The notes: generated by a model not told the origin, from the sequence alone. A stretch of 64,000 nt of DNA from Nitrospirales bacterium (GCA_965203295.1 CBDBCZ010000018.1:192001-256000); one strand, 5' to 3'; counted from the first letter of the stretch, positions 36,466 through 49,300 are shown. Program-made: numbers and translations.

Positions 36466-37950
36466 GTGATATTACAGGGGACAGTGTGCTTCACAGAGCC
36501 TGCTAGCTCTCAAACTCGTAATCCGTGGGGATGCACTGGCTTGCAAATTTGTACTGAATGGTTTTTGCTTACCTTTTTGATTCCTCTGCAGCCCCACATT
36601 CCATTTTTGCCGCGTCTGACACAACGAAAGATACCACATCCAAGAGGTATGTTGAGTCTTTCACCACCAACCTGTTCCTCCATGTGTAATGTCCTTGGCA
36701 CTGATCTGACACAGCAGAAAAGTCAAGGATCTACTCATCCAAGAGAGCCTGAGGGGAGCAATGTGGAAAGTGGCGAAACGGAGACAAGGGGTAAGCCCCG
36801 GTTTCCCATTGATCACCCCTTTTTGAAAGGCCATAGCCACTCTGAAAAAGAAGCCCAACAAATATCGGCTGATGTAAGTATCTCTATTTTGCCTGCCCTG
36901 AAACCCTGAACAAGGAGCTACTGGTGGATTGCTCCAAGATGAGTGACTACCTAAAGTCTTTGGAGTCTTCAGTAAAGGCCAGTACACATAACGCCAAACT
37001 GAGTCGTATTCATCAGGGGATCCACTTTCTGGCCCTCACTCTGGATGTCTCTGGCTTGATGGAAGTACAGCGAATTGAATCCTTGACTAAAAACTGGTCT
37101 GCCGTGCTGGCAAAGTCCTCCCGTGTGGCAAACCGGGAGAGAATGGAGGACCAGTCAGAGAAACCACAGGATTTCGGCGACATTGATGCTTTGGTTCAGA
37201 GCAAAGTTTTCCAGGATTTATTTAAAACATTGGTGAGGACAGCAAAGGCTGGAAAACCTGTGGACAATAATGCACTGCACAATGCTCGTCTCTGGCTTGC
37301 CGGGTGCCTACTACACACCAACTCACAGCGGCCCGGTGCAATAGCCAATATGACCACCCTGCAGTGCAAAAAGGGATTGAGCAAGAGTAAGGCATCCATT
37401 CGTGTGACAGAACACCAGACCCGCACAACTGGCTCCACGATGTTGACCGTTAAGTGACTGTTGCTACAGATTGCTGCAGATCCTGAGAGCTTACATCCTT
37501 TACCTCAAGCCACTTCTATCACAAAGCCCACTGCTGTTCCCCATCTCTCGCGATTGGTGCAGAATCTGGCCGAAAATTTGGGATGAAGCTTCCCGCAGCC
37601 GAGGGTCGACATGCGGCAGCTACGGCAACAGCTACAAAGTGCTCAGATCAAGATCGGGATGCTTTAGCCAATGCAATGTCACATTCGCGCCTGACGCAAA
37701 TGACATACTACATCAACACGAAAATCCAAACAAGAAGCGGAGAGGTTTCGACATACTACAGACTCTACGTCAAGGGAAAGCAGGAAAAGCCCCTAAACGT
37801 GTTCCTTACAGTGAAGAGGAGGTGGAAACACTGGAGATGTACTTTGAAGGGCAACCTACCTTGCAAGAGAGTGCAAACAGTTCCTGAAAAACCATCCGAT
37901 GGATAGGGACTACAAACAAGTCCAGGATAAAATACGGCAGATAATTAAGG
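36466..37950 (+). pseudogene. Tyrosine recombinase gene 2 (frameshifted) with a Myb/SANT-like tail
   Basis: Catalytic signature NSQRPGAIANM (R), EHQT (normally HKT), GRH, AMSHS...QMTYY. Tail KRVPYSEEEV...KQVQDKIR. Confidence 0.85.
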
Positions 37951-37954
37951 TTAA

Positions 37955-38555
37955 CTCATTGCACGCCGTAATTACGTCACGCGCGTGATGCTCCACGCCA
38001 CAGTTTCTACAATTATGGCGTACTAAAAGTTTTAGTACAGCGTATGGCTATTTTTATGTTTACCAAGTCAAGTATCCAACGAATTTTGCGTCGTGTTTGT
38101 TGGAAGACTACCAGCTACAGCCATTGAAGGCAAATAGGGCAGCGGATTGGAACCAAACAGGGATTCAGGATCGATAACCCGATACACGGTAAGTTCGACA
38201 CGGTACTGTGGTCTTAACACTCAGGCAGCAAAGATCGAGGATCCTGCTGAAGTCTCTCTCCATCTCTCTCCTGAACCAGTTACCATCGTTTCTGCCAATG
38301 AAGTTGACTACAAAGCCTACAAAGCCTAACTAACTGTGTAGCAGTGTAGATAGCTGTAGCTAATCGTCTTGATCGGTTGTATATTTGCCATGTATATCCG
38401 TTGTATTATTGAGTAGACCGACTTTCGGCACAGTTACATCACTATTAGTGATCACTATACTCAATTTTATGGCTAATAAAGGATGGGGTTGCCCCTCCTT
38501 GCGTAGCGGAAGCGTTACGTAAAGGCCAATAAAGTGGCCCGTGGCGTGCAATGAG
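37955..38555. mobile_element. piggyBac-type MITE, family B, copy 2
   Basis: TTAA on both sides. TIR CTCATTGCACGCC. Homologous to 12236-12880. Confidence 0.95.
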
Positions 38556-38785
38556 TTAAATGTGCTGCTGAGACTAAAACGTTGTGGTGCTACGCCCCTT
38601 GTTGATTGTTGTCCTTGATTCCAACATTATTCACACTATGCAATACACCACAGCCATCTATTACGCTGATTGTTCTCCTTGATTCCAGCATTATTCACTG
38701 TGCATACACCAAGCCATCTATATCTAACAGCAATTATACCTAATTTATCTCATTGCTCTTACATGTTCTCAATTTTAATAAAATA

Positions 38786-39955
38786 CAGTAAAACCTCCGA
38801 ATAGAGGACACTTGGGACCGCAACCTTTGTCCTCTCTTCGGAGGTTGTCCTTTTCAGAGGTTGTCTAATACACTATACATGAATCAAAGTGAACTTTGTG
38901 ATGATACTGCATGATAATAACTGACTGGAATGGTCTGCATGTATAATTGGCGAGGTATATTTTATTGAGTGACGTATTCATAAAGTCTGGCTTGTCTTGA
39001 GTTGGAATTTTTTTAGAGCAACAATCTGATCGAAAGATGAACCAAAGGACAAGGCTTCAATTCCTTTGTCTGTTCTTTGTGCTCCAAAAATCTTAGATCT
39101 TGCCAGAACGAAGAGAGGGCATCATTGATTTCACTGTACTGCACGAGCCTTACTGATGGTGTGTACCCTGCTGCCAGATGCATTGGATTGGTAGCTTGCT
39201 AGAATTATTCCTATCTGTGTCTTTCCACATCCAAATAAACTTTCCAGAGATCTTAATTAGATTGCTTTGAGTATGCTTGATAATTTCAACTTTCTTCTCC
39301 AAGGACAAATACCCTGCTTTTCTTGTGGGAAGCCATAGCTATAGCTATAACCGTGCAGCTGTAACTAAATTGTAGCCTGACCACGTGGCAGATTTACGTG
39401 TTCCAGTGCTGATTGTTGAAATGCTCAGTACAGAATTATTTATTAGAGGATATGCATATATGGATATCTGGACTCCTGTTGAAGATGAAATCCTTAGACT
39501 GATACCTGAACCTACTAATTCTGTGGATAGAAATGCTGTTGCAGTGATGAAAGAAGGACAAATTGTAGGCCATGTTCCTTTCAACCTATCCACCATTATT
39601 TCACTGTTCTTGAGAAGATATATAAACAAAGCTTTTGCTAGAGTTATTGGAGGGAAAGTAAATCGAGGAGCTGGATATGGGCTCGAAATACCGTGTGTTT
39701 ACCAATTTTATGGACCAAAGCTTTTTATTGACAAGGTACGAGAAGTTATTGAATCCCTGAATACATCTGGACTAGTTTGATTTCCGTGGATACTCTCGAT
39801 CTACAAGTTGTTATTGTTTAATTGTAAAACTATTTGTACTCGTGCGCAAGGTACTTGATGTATGGGAGTGGCTGAATTGCACGCATGTATATATATATAT
39901 AGCTACAAGTGAGGGAGGGGCTGCAACGTCAAGGTGTGGTTTCTGGAGTGTCCTC
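38786..39955. mobile_element. Tigger-like element, internally deleted, right TIR missing
   Basis: TA followed by CAGTAAAACCTC...GGACAC. Minus-strand remnant at 38962-39336 with HTH (LSLEKKVEIIK, FGCGKTQI) and C-terminus RQARLYEYVTQ*. Confidence 0.8.
39421..39780 (+). CDS. Stand-alone HIRAN-domain protein, intact
   Basis: IRGY.Y..IWTP...EPTNSVDRNAVAV...VGHVP...GLEIPCVY. Confidence 0.85.
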   Translation: MLSTELFIRGYAYMDIWTPVEDEILRLIPEPTNSVDRNAVAVMKEGQIVGHVPFNLSTIISLFLRRYINKAFARVIGGKVNRGAGYGLEIPCVYQFYGPKLFIDKVREVIESLNTSGLV

Positions 39956-41824
39956 AGTCTGGAAAATCCTCACTAAACTACATGGCCTATACATTGCAGG
40001 CATGCTAGATAAGGAAATGACAGAATTCTGCACACCCCCAAAACAACACAGAACCTCTGTCTTATATTTCCTTAAAAAGATTCATAAGAACCCGATGGGC
40101 ATCCGACCTATCGTATCTAGCATAAATAGTATTACCGAAAACATTTCCCAATTCGTGGATATCTGGCTCCAACCCGTAATGAGAAACCTCCCCTCATTTA
40201 TTAAAGACACTACCGAATTCATAAACCTTATTGAAAATACTCCATTCCCGATGGACTGCATCCTAGCATCCATCGATGTATCATCACTCTACACCAATAT
40301 TCCTCATCTTGACGGCAAGACTGCTGCCGTCCAATTCTTGTCTCAAATTGAGGATCCAGACCCTAGACAACCACCATCAGAGGTTATTGGAGAACTAATC
40401 GACATAGTCCTTCAGAACAATGTCTTTGAATTCGATGGTAAATTTTACCTTCAGAGACAAGGCACCGCCATGGGCACAAAGATGGCCCCAGCGTATGCCA
40501 ATACTTTTATGGGGAATCTGGAACCTACACTCCAAGCAGAAGGCCAAAAGAATATCCTAATATGGAAAAGGTTCATCGACGATATATTTATCGTCTGGAC
40601 AGGAACCAAAGAGGAGTTCCTAACCTTCATGAACAGAATCAACACTGTTCACTCTACAATCAAGTTCACGTATGAAATCAGTGAAACGGAAATTACTTTT
40701 CTAGACATCACACTCTACAAGGGCACCAGATTCCAAACCAAAGGAATATTAGACATCAGAACCCACATTAAACCTACCAACAAACAACTCTATGTCCACG
40801 CCACTTCCTACCATCCTGCTAGCACCGGCAAATCCATAACTATCGGTGAAACGAATAGGTACATCAGAACAAATTCTGACCAACCCAACTTTAATAAAAT
40901 GGTCAGTCACCTTCACACAAAACTCAGACAGTGAGGCTATAAACTACCCTCCATAAAATCACACACTGCATCCCTATCCTTTTCTGACCGACAGCGTATC
41001 CTAAAACCTCCCGACCCACCCACATCACGCCCCAATTTATTGGTTTTGGCCACTCCATATTGTGATAGAATCGAAGAAATCAAAACTGCCCTCAGGGAGA
41101 GCTGGAAAGAACTTCATAAAAGCAAAACTCTCTCAGAGATATTCCCGGACCCCCCGAGAATTGCCTACAAAAGCAACCCTTCTCTGAGAAACAAATTAGT
41201 ACGAGCAAAACTACCCCCTTTGGAAACCTCCTCAATGCTCGTGAGTAACTCAACCCCTAACCCCAACCCAGACCCTAACCCTGTCCTTGGCCCTAACCCT
41301 AACCCTAACCCTAACCCTAACCCAGACTCGAACTCGACACTTATCGAAAAACCAGAGACCGTCAGCACCCTCTCTAATGTCTATACGGGTAAACTAGCCC
41401 CCACATTCAAACAACAACAACAATTTCCCTTCAACCTCTTCAAACGAAAGAAAGCAGTCAAACCTTGTTGTAAAAGACAATGTAATACATGCAAAAGGCT
41501 GCTCCACACTAGCAACTTTGTAAAAAGCAAAGTTTCAAAAAGGTGTTATCCTATACAACCGTCACACAGCCCCCTAACCTGCCAAAGCAGCAGAGTTGTG
41601 TACTTGATCCAGTGCAACAAATGTCAGAAACAATACCGTAGAATCGGGATAATAAGCACCGGTGCCTATTTTCGAAATTAGTAGCGCAAACGGGTGCTTA
41701 TTTTTGCAGGGTGCTTATTTTCATGGGGTGCTTATTAACGCATGTAAACACAGTGTAGCATGTAAACAAAGTGTAGCAGAGGAATACAGGGGTAGGTATA
41801 TACACTGAATACATAATAATAAAT

Positions 41825-42232
41825 CTACAACTCGTTTTCTTTCGTTCTTTGCACGTTTCGGAGGCATCTTCGCACTTCAGCTCGGTGTTTCTTAAAGCCG
41901 TAGAGCACGTATTGGCACGGCAGTTCAATTCCTCCCCCGATCCTCCATACTCCTTCGGGTGCCGATCTTGCTGGTCCTGTAACAGTCCCTGTAATCTTCC
42001 TTATATGTCCGTCGCCTAACATCGGTGAAAGAATCCGGGCCAGCCTGTCTGGGATGTGACCCATCACCCTGTCACTCGAGCTTCGGACAACGATTGCTGC
42101 TTCACTGTGCCGATTTATAGCCTCTCTATGACAGCGAAATTCATCCCCGATCCTAGCCTCAGTTCTGAACGCATGATGGCCTTTAATCCTTGAGTTACGA
42201 AGTTTCGCCGACTCTACAAACTCGGACTTCAT
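41825..42232 (-). CDS. Stand-alone HIRAN-domain protein, intact
   Basis: IKGHHAF...HREAINRHSEAAIVV...MGHIP...GGIELPCQY. Confidence 0.85.
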   Translation of the reverse strand: MKSEFVESAKLRNSRIKGHHAFRTEARIGDEFRCHREAINRHSEAAIVVRSSSDRVMGHIPDRLARILSPMLGDGHIRKITGTVTGPARSAPEGVWRIGGGIELPCQYVLYGFKKHRAEVRRCLRNVQRTKENEL

Positions 42233-42444
42233 CACAGTCTGTCAAACAGTGTCAGTCGCACCACACTCTCCAAAATGGCGATGGTAAAGCATGCGCATGA
42301 AAGTCAATGCGCATGCGCTAATTGAAAAGGCACTGATAGGCTATAATTCGAAGAAAGGAATGTGATTAGTAGAATTGCGAACGTGTTAAATCGTATTCAC
42401 AATATCCGTTTCAAGCGTTGAGTCGTTTCCGAAAGTGAGTTGAG

Positions 42445-43839
42445 ATGGCAGAGGCAGTTACTCCGATAGCAGACTTCACGAACACAGCCACTCCGAAGAG
42501 GCGGCAGTATTCACGAGAGAAGAAACTGGCAGTACTGAAGTACTATTACGAGAATGGTCGTAACAAGTATCGAACAGCGCAGAAGTTCGGCATCGATAAA
42601 AAGTGCATACACCGTTGGATTGCTGATGAAACGAAGATCGAGAAGGGAAACAAAGGAGCCAAGCGACATGGCAGCGGTCGGACAGCGTTCTGGCCCGACG
42701 TCGAAGAAAAGCTGCTCGCGGAATTCAAGGACCTACGAAGCAAAGGCCTCAAAGTGAAGCAGTGGTGGTTCCGCACTCGGTCCATTCAGCTGATGCTCGA
42801 CCTTCATCCCGACGTCGATTTCAAGTTCTCACCTGGATGGTTCGATCGTTTTAAGTGCCGTATGAAAATCTCCCGTCGAAGAACGACTAACGTGAGCCAG
42901 CACCAACCAAGTGATCTGGAGACGAAGATCCGTCAGTTTCACCAGGAAATCAGGCGTGTTGCTGCCGAAGGAGAGAGCAGGGGCCCACTTGGTCAGTTCG
43001 ATGTCTCCACCGTAGCAAACGTGGATCAAACACCACTACCATTTACGTTCAGTGGTGGTGAGGGCTACGACGTCACTGGCGCAACCACTGTATGGCACCG
43101 AGGGGCAGCATCTGGCTTAGACAAGCGCCAGTGTACTGTTCAGCTGACCATCTTTGCTGATGGTGTACCTCGAGTCAAGCCACTGTTGATCTTCCGCGGC
43201 AAAGGACTCAGAATTCCTTAAGCTGAGACACGGGCATACGATCACAGAGTGGTGGTCAGGTTTCAGGCGAACGCTTGGTGCGATGAGGAGCAGATGATAT
43301 ACTGGTGCCGCCACATGTGGAAACAGCCCTTTAGTCCAGATGCTGACCGACCGAAACTCCTGATCGCAGATGTGCACAAAGCACAGACAACAGAGAGTGT
43401 CAAGAACACACTGAGTCGAGAAACGCACACGTCACTTGTCCTGGTCCCCCCTGGCTGTACTAGTTTAGTGCAGCCTCTCGGTGTGTGCTTCAACAAGGAG
43501 TTCAAGAACATCATCGAACGCCTCCAGAATGAACACATGCACAGCAACCTCGACAAGTGCGTCAACGGCACTATCCCAGCAGGACAGAGACGCATCCTCA
43601 TAACGAAGTGGGTAGGATCAGCATGGGGCGAGATGAACCAGAAGCCAGACATTTCCATTCGTGGTTTCGAAAAGTGTGGAATCAGTGTCCGTATTGATGG
43701 CCGAAGTGATGACCTGATCAATATCAGGGAGCTCGACAGCTACCAGGTCCGTCCTGAAGAGGAGTCCTCTGAACCTGAGAGTCATGATGACGAGAATCTC
43801 TTCGATATGGACTCTTCCTCAGAAGAAGATTCTGACTGA
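42445..43839 (+). pseudogene. pogo transposase (Brinker-type HTH, CENP-B HTH, DDE_1)
   Basis: FSPGWFDRFK, NVDQTP, IADVH, QPLGV (third D replaced by G, 36-residue spacing). One in-frame TAA at 43219-43221. Confidence 0.93.
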
Positions 43840-44447
43840 ACTTACTTCTTTGTCTGCACTGCCCATGCATAGTTTGTACTTTCAAGTGTATCTATCATAA
43901 CATTTCAACTGTAACAGCTGTAGGGCGTGGAAAACTTCTATGGGTGCTTATTCTCGAGGGGTGCTTACTATCGGGATAAGTTGTTGTAGTTTAATTGGGT
44001 GCCTATATTCATGGGGTGCTTATTTTCGATGGGTGCTTATTATCCCGATTCTACGGTATGTAGGCCAAACTACTCAAGCCCTACACATACGTGTAAATCA
44101 ACACGTACATAATATCACACGTAAAACATACTCGAGCCTATGGTGGCACTTCAACAAAGACCACTCGGTCGAAGACCTGAAAGTGATCCCACTACAACAG
44201 GTACATGATAACCTAACACTACCCCAAGCTGAGAGAAAACTACAGCGGCTAGAAACATTGTGGATATCGAGGCTTGCAACCATGCAGCCACTGGGAATGA
44301 ATTTCATCCGAAGCGATTCCCAAAGGAGAACTTAAAACTATATATAGTGGTCATCGGGCGTGTGAGAATTTCTGCCACACCACAGACTTTTTTATAACCC
44401 GAACAAAATTTTCAAACCAACACAGGGACAAAATGTAGCCATCAGAA

Positions 44448-45290
44448 ATGGCTGGTGCTGGCAGATCCCAAGAGCCTAGTGAGAATACAGGTGATTACCT
44501 AAAGGGAACCATTGAAAAATTAGTTAACTTTTATGAGAATAAACTTAAGTGCAGTTCAAATGTTTGCACAAATATGTACACACTGTCACAGGATCAAAGG
44601 CTAGCAGGGACAAGCCTGGCAAGGCCTTCTTCAGCCTAGAGCATTCCTTTCTCCAGGGCCTCTGCCAACATTTACAGACATGCCATGGAAAGGGCCGCTC
44701 AGAAAAGGAGGCAGTACACATCTGTACAGATGTTAGCAAGTCCTCTTCTTTACGAACAAAGAAACATTGAAAGAAGAGTTTTTGTTAAATGTTGAAGTAA
44801 AGGACCGCCACCTCACCAGCGTGGAGGGAAAGGTGCAGAGTGCAACACAAAATGCCAAGTTGAACCGCATGCGGCAGGGCATTGCATACCTGAGTCTACG
44901 TTTGGACCCTGTTGGGCCTCCTTGAGGCTGACAGTGTCACTGGACTAATCAAAAACCGGTGCAGAGTTCTCAGTAAGAGTGCACGAGAGGCCAATCGTAA
45001 CCGGTTGGAGGACACTGCAGCTGATACACTAGTTTGGCGAGTTGGAAAACTTTGCGAAGTGTAAGGAACTGCACAGCCTCTTTGACAAATCCGTACAAAG
45101 GGGGAAATCAGGGACACCAGTAAGCAAACATTCGCTGTCTGGCTAGCAGGATGTATTCTCCACGCGAACAGTCAACGTCCGGGTGGCATTGTCAATATGA
45201 CATGTAAGGAATTATTCAAAGGAACAGACTGCCGAGATGGACGAGTCATGTACAAAACAGTACATGTAACAAAACAAGACACACACAACA
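44448..45290 (+). pseudogene. Tyrosine recombinase gene 3, degenerate 5' and central part
   Basis: Homologous to gene 2: GRSEKEAVHICTDVSK, ATQNAKLNRMRQGI, SAREANR, WLAGCILHANSQRPGGIVNMT. Confidence 0.8.
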
Positions 45291-46387
45291 GGAAGAGTGA
45301 AAGTCAACCATATAACTCATTCTTCCTAGTATCCCAAACAGATAATACATGATTCTTAACTAGTTTCAACAAAGCTTTAAAATCAAACCTGTCCCAATTC
45401 TCACACCCTAAAATAAAGCCTGTTCTCTGAAAATGGAGTGTGCTATAACCCCCTCCCTAATGAATTGTCTCCTATGAAAGTACTTCTATGCTATCGTACG
45501 CAGGACACTCCCAAAGCACATGCACTGCACTCTCACATTCATCCCCACATGACTATCGTCGTTTATACCCCTGTCTACCTAACTCTGCATTCAGCTAGAC
45601 CATTGGTACCTGACCTAATTTAAACATCAATCGAAATATGAATTCCTTTATGTTTTTCAACAGGGCAAAAGTAATGCTGATTCAGAAAAGGGGATTTCAG
45701 GGGAGGGGCAGCTGGTCCTGACAATGCTGACAATGCTGACAAGGCTAGCTGTGCAAAAAGGAACACCAGTGTACGGGATTCAAGTTTCTCCCTCTGTGGT
45801 ACGTATTGCACTGCATGCTAGTGTCAAATACTGTTGAGAAATTTACTTTTGAGAAGTGCACTTTTCTTTTTACAGGCATTTTGTGTTCAAGCCAACGAAG
45901 TGCAAGCTTGAGGAGTGTTTTGAGATAATATACAATGCAAACGTCAGACTACTGACACCATCATTGCTTCCCTTTATACGAAAGGCATGCGGCTTGCCTG
46001 CATGAACAGAGTTTGGGGCGGGAGTGTTTGGGCCCACACTCCCCCCCCCCCCCACCCCCATTTCTGTAACATGGTCTGGGGTGGGAGTGTGAGGGGGGGG
46101 GGGGGGCTTTGAACCTTCATGTGGCCCACACTCCCCCCAGTGTTTGATGATGCGCAATAGGCCAAGAAAATTGCATTCACAGTGCTGGGGGGGGAGGGTG
46201 GTGGAGTTCCGCCACTGCAGTGAAATCCGGAGGAGGTTGGAAGAGCTCCTTTGTGCATTGAAATAGCATGTGACAATGACCTTAGTACAGAAATAGCCTT
46301 AGAGATTCAGATTTTGCTCTTCTGCCTAAGTATTTCAGTTACGAACTTCAAAAGGTTTTTTTTTCCCCAAAAGGCGGTATAAACTTC

Positions 46388-49300
46388 AGTCAGGGGGGAG
46401 AATTACACACAAGTGCCCTGCCTACAAGACTCGAACACGCGTCGCCGGTCTGGGAGGGGGGAGGGGGTGACATACACAAAACCGCCCTGTCTACAACACT
46501 CTAACACAAGTCGCCGGTCATGGAGGGGGAAAAGGGGTGACATACACACAACCACCCTGCCTACAAGACTGAAACACAAGTCGCCAGTCAGGGGATGGAG
46601 AACTACACACGACCACGCTACCTACATGACTCGAACACAAGTCACTGATGAAGTAGGGAGGAAGGGGTGTTATAAAGACAACTGCCCTGCTTATAAGACT
46701 CAAGCACAATTTGCCGATCAGGGAGGGGGTGATATACACACAACTGCCCTGCCTGCAAGACTCAAACACAAGTCGCCGATCAGGGAGGGGGTGATATACA
46801 CACAACTGTTCTGCCTACAAGACTTGAACACACGTCGCCGGTCAGGGAGGGGGGAAAGGGGTGACATACACACAACCACCCTGCCTACAAGACTGAAAAA
46901 CAAGTCGCCGGTCAGGGGATGGAGAACTACACACAACCACGCTACCTACAAGACTCGAACACAAGTCACCGATGAGGGAGGGAGGAGGGGGTGACATACA
47001 CATAACTGCCCTGCCTATAAGACTCAAGCACAAGGCTGATCGGGGAGAGGGTGATATACACATAACTGCCCTGCCTGCAAGACTCAAACACAAGTCGCCA
47101 ATCAGGAAGGGGGTGACATACTTACAACCGCCCTGCTTACAAAACTCGAACGCAAGTCGCCAGTCAGGGAGGGGGTGAACTGCACACAATCGCCCTGTCT
47201 ACAACACTCCAACACAAATCGCCGGTCAGAGGCGTGGGATGACTACACACAGCCGCCCTGCTTACAAGACTCAAACACAAGTGGCCGGTCAGGGAGGGGG
47301 GAGGGGGTGACATACATACAACTGACCTGCTTACATGACTTGAACACAAGTCGCCGGTCAGGGAAGGGGGAGGGGGTGACATACACACAACTGCCTACAA
47401 GACTCAAACACAAGTTGCCGATCAGGGAGGGGGTGATATACACACAACTGCCCTGCCTGCAAGACTCGAACACAAGTTGCCGATCAGGAAGGGGGTGACA
47501 TACATACAACCGCCCTGCTTACAAAACTCGAACGCAAGTCGCCAGTCAGAGAGGGGGAGAACTGCACACAATCGCCCTGTCTACAACACTCCAACACTTG
47601 TCGCCGGTCAGGGGCGGGGGATGACTACACACAACCGCCCTGCCTACAAGACTCAAACACAACTGGTCGCTCAGGAAGGGGGGAGAGGGTGACATACACA
47701 CAACCGACCTGCTTACACGGCTCGAACACAGGTCAGGGAAGGGGGAAGGGGTGACATATAGTGCAACCAGGCATGTACTTCCAAAAATCTTTTTTTGCGG
47801 TAACTTCAGACAGGAATGACGTATCCTCGAGATTTTTTTTTGCATTTTGCAGCTCTGGAGATTTGTAATGCAATGATATATTTTTTGTATACCTGGCCTG
47901 CTTGCAAAGACTAGATTTAGAGTTACCCGTCAATTTTGGCGGCTTATGACATCACCAAAATCAAAAATTTACCGGGATGTGACGTCATTACGTTGTTGCC
48001 GCGTGGTTGCCGCGTGTTTGCCGCGAATAAAAGCGCTGCCGAGTTTGTCGCTATATTCAGCCTCTAAAGTAGCTCTACCGATGCTAATGGGCAAGAATCA
48101 GCTGGAGACCAGATGGGAGAAGGCAAGTGAAGAGTGAAAAGCCGAAATTTTGGCAAGGAGAGCTCAAATACAGCTGAAACTGAGACAACAAACTGAACGT
48201 GGCGGTAGTGACGCTAAAAAGTAAGTTTAAATGACTTTTGCTAGGCTTTGTGCGCTTTCTGAAGGTGCACTAGGCACTATTGGTGAGGGTTTTGATCCTG
48301 TTTGTTGTATAAACTAGAGCATGAGGTCTTACTGCAGTCACAGCTTTGAAGTTTTCGAGTTCACACCTATTACTTGACTATTTTTGGTGTTTCTAGGTTA
48401 AAAAGCATCTCTTGCTTGGACAGACTAAAGGCTCAAAGCTGGCTAATGTGCTTAACAGCAAGTGTGATAAGAATGCACATCAATAAAGGGACCATACGAC
48501 ACAGTGGATGTTTGATACGTATCGGCTGATCCCGAGAATGAAAAACAAGTCATGAGGGGTCGAGATAGGCCTGAAAGGATAGGGTTTCACTTGAAATTGG
48601 TAAAAGTATGTGAGTCTTGGAAGATCTGACGTAGGAAAGGAGATAGAAAGCAAATCAAATCTTAGAGAAGATTTCTGAACATCAAGAATTATGACCCCGA
48701 TTTTGTATGAAGTGTAATTTCTTTGTTATAGATGGTATTAAAAAAACTCTCTATTAGAAATGTTACCTATTGCATGTACCTTCTGTATTATGTTTCAAGT
48801 TGTTGTGAAAAGTTGAAAAAGTACATAGCATTTCTCCAGTGCCACCTCAACAAACGTTTAAAATTTTTTTAAAAAATGTAAGAGCCCAAAATCAATTCTG
48901 CTCTGATAGAACTTTTCCTTGTTGAGTGCTTTCAAATGATACCCATTTTGTTGCAATTGGATGAACTATGTAGAAGTACTTAGTGAAACAATGAAATTGC
49001 ATTTTTAGACTTAATTAGCATGACGTTATCGTTACGATGGAAACAGCCGGCACTTTATTGCTTCTTGTGGGTGGGGTCACTTTTCCAAGTTTCAGGTTCC
49101 TCTGATGTAGAATCAGGAAGTTATGTCAAGATTTGTTATTTTTGCAATTTTTGGAAGTACATGCCTGGTTGCACTATACACACAACCACCCTGCCTACAA
49201 GACTCAAACACAAGTGGCCGCTCAGGAAGGAGGGAGGCGGTGACATACACACAACCGACCTGCTTACACGGCTCGAACACAGGTCAGGGAAGGGTAAGGG

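Larger units (their letters stand above)
41636..44056 (+). mobile_element. Full-length two-gene pogo-family transposon
   Basis: Perfect 25-bp TIR CCGTAGAATCGGGATAATAAGCACC. TA TSD. Subterminal GGGTGCTTA repeats. Confidence 0.97.
39960..44335 (+). mobile_element. Penelope-like retroelement 2 (RT, Cys linker, GIY-YIG), near-intact but 5'-truncated and split by a pogo
   Basis: ASIDVSSLYTNIP, QGTAMGTKMAPAYAN, WKRFIDDIF, VYLIQC..CQKQ|YVGQT...LETLWI...GMN. One in-frame TGA at 40932-40934. Confidence 0.95.

Noticed and set aside
38565..38586. Possible hammerhead ribozyme core (ctgctgagactaaaacg) after YR2
   Set aside because: Both CUGAUGA and GAAA are mismatched and no stems are evident. I saw no convincing PLE hammerhead.
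43940..44056. N-terminus of the 131-aa ORF as a pogo/GIY-YIG fusion
   Set aside because: Chance read-through from the TIR into the interrupted PLE frame.
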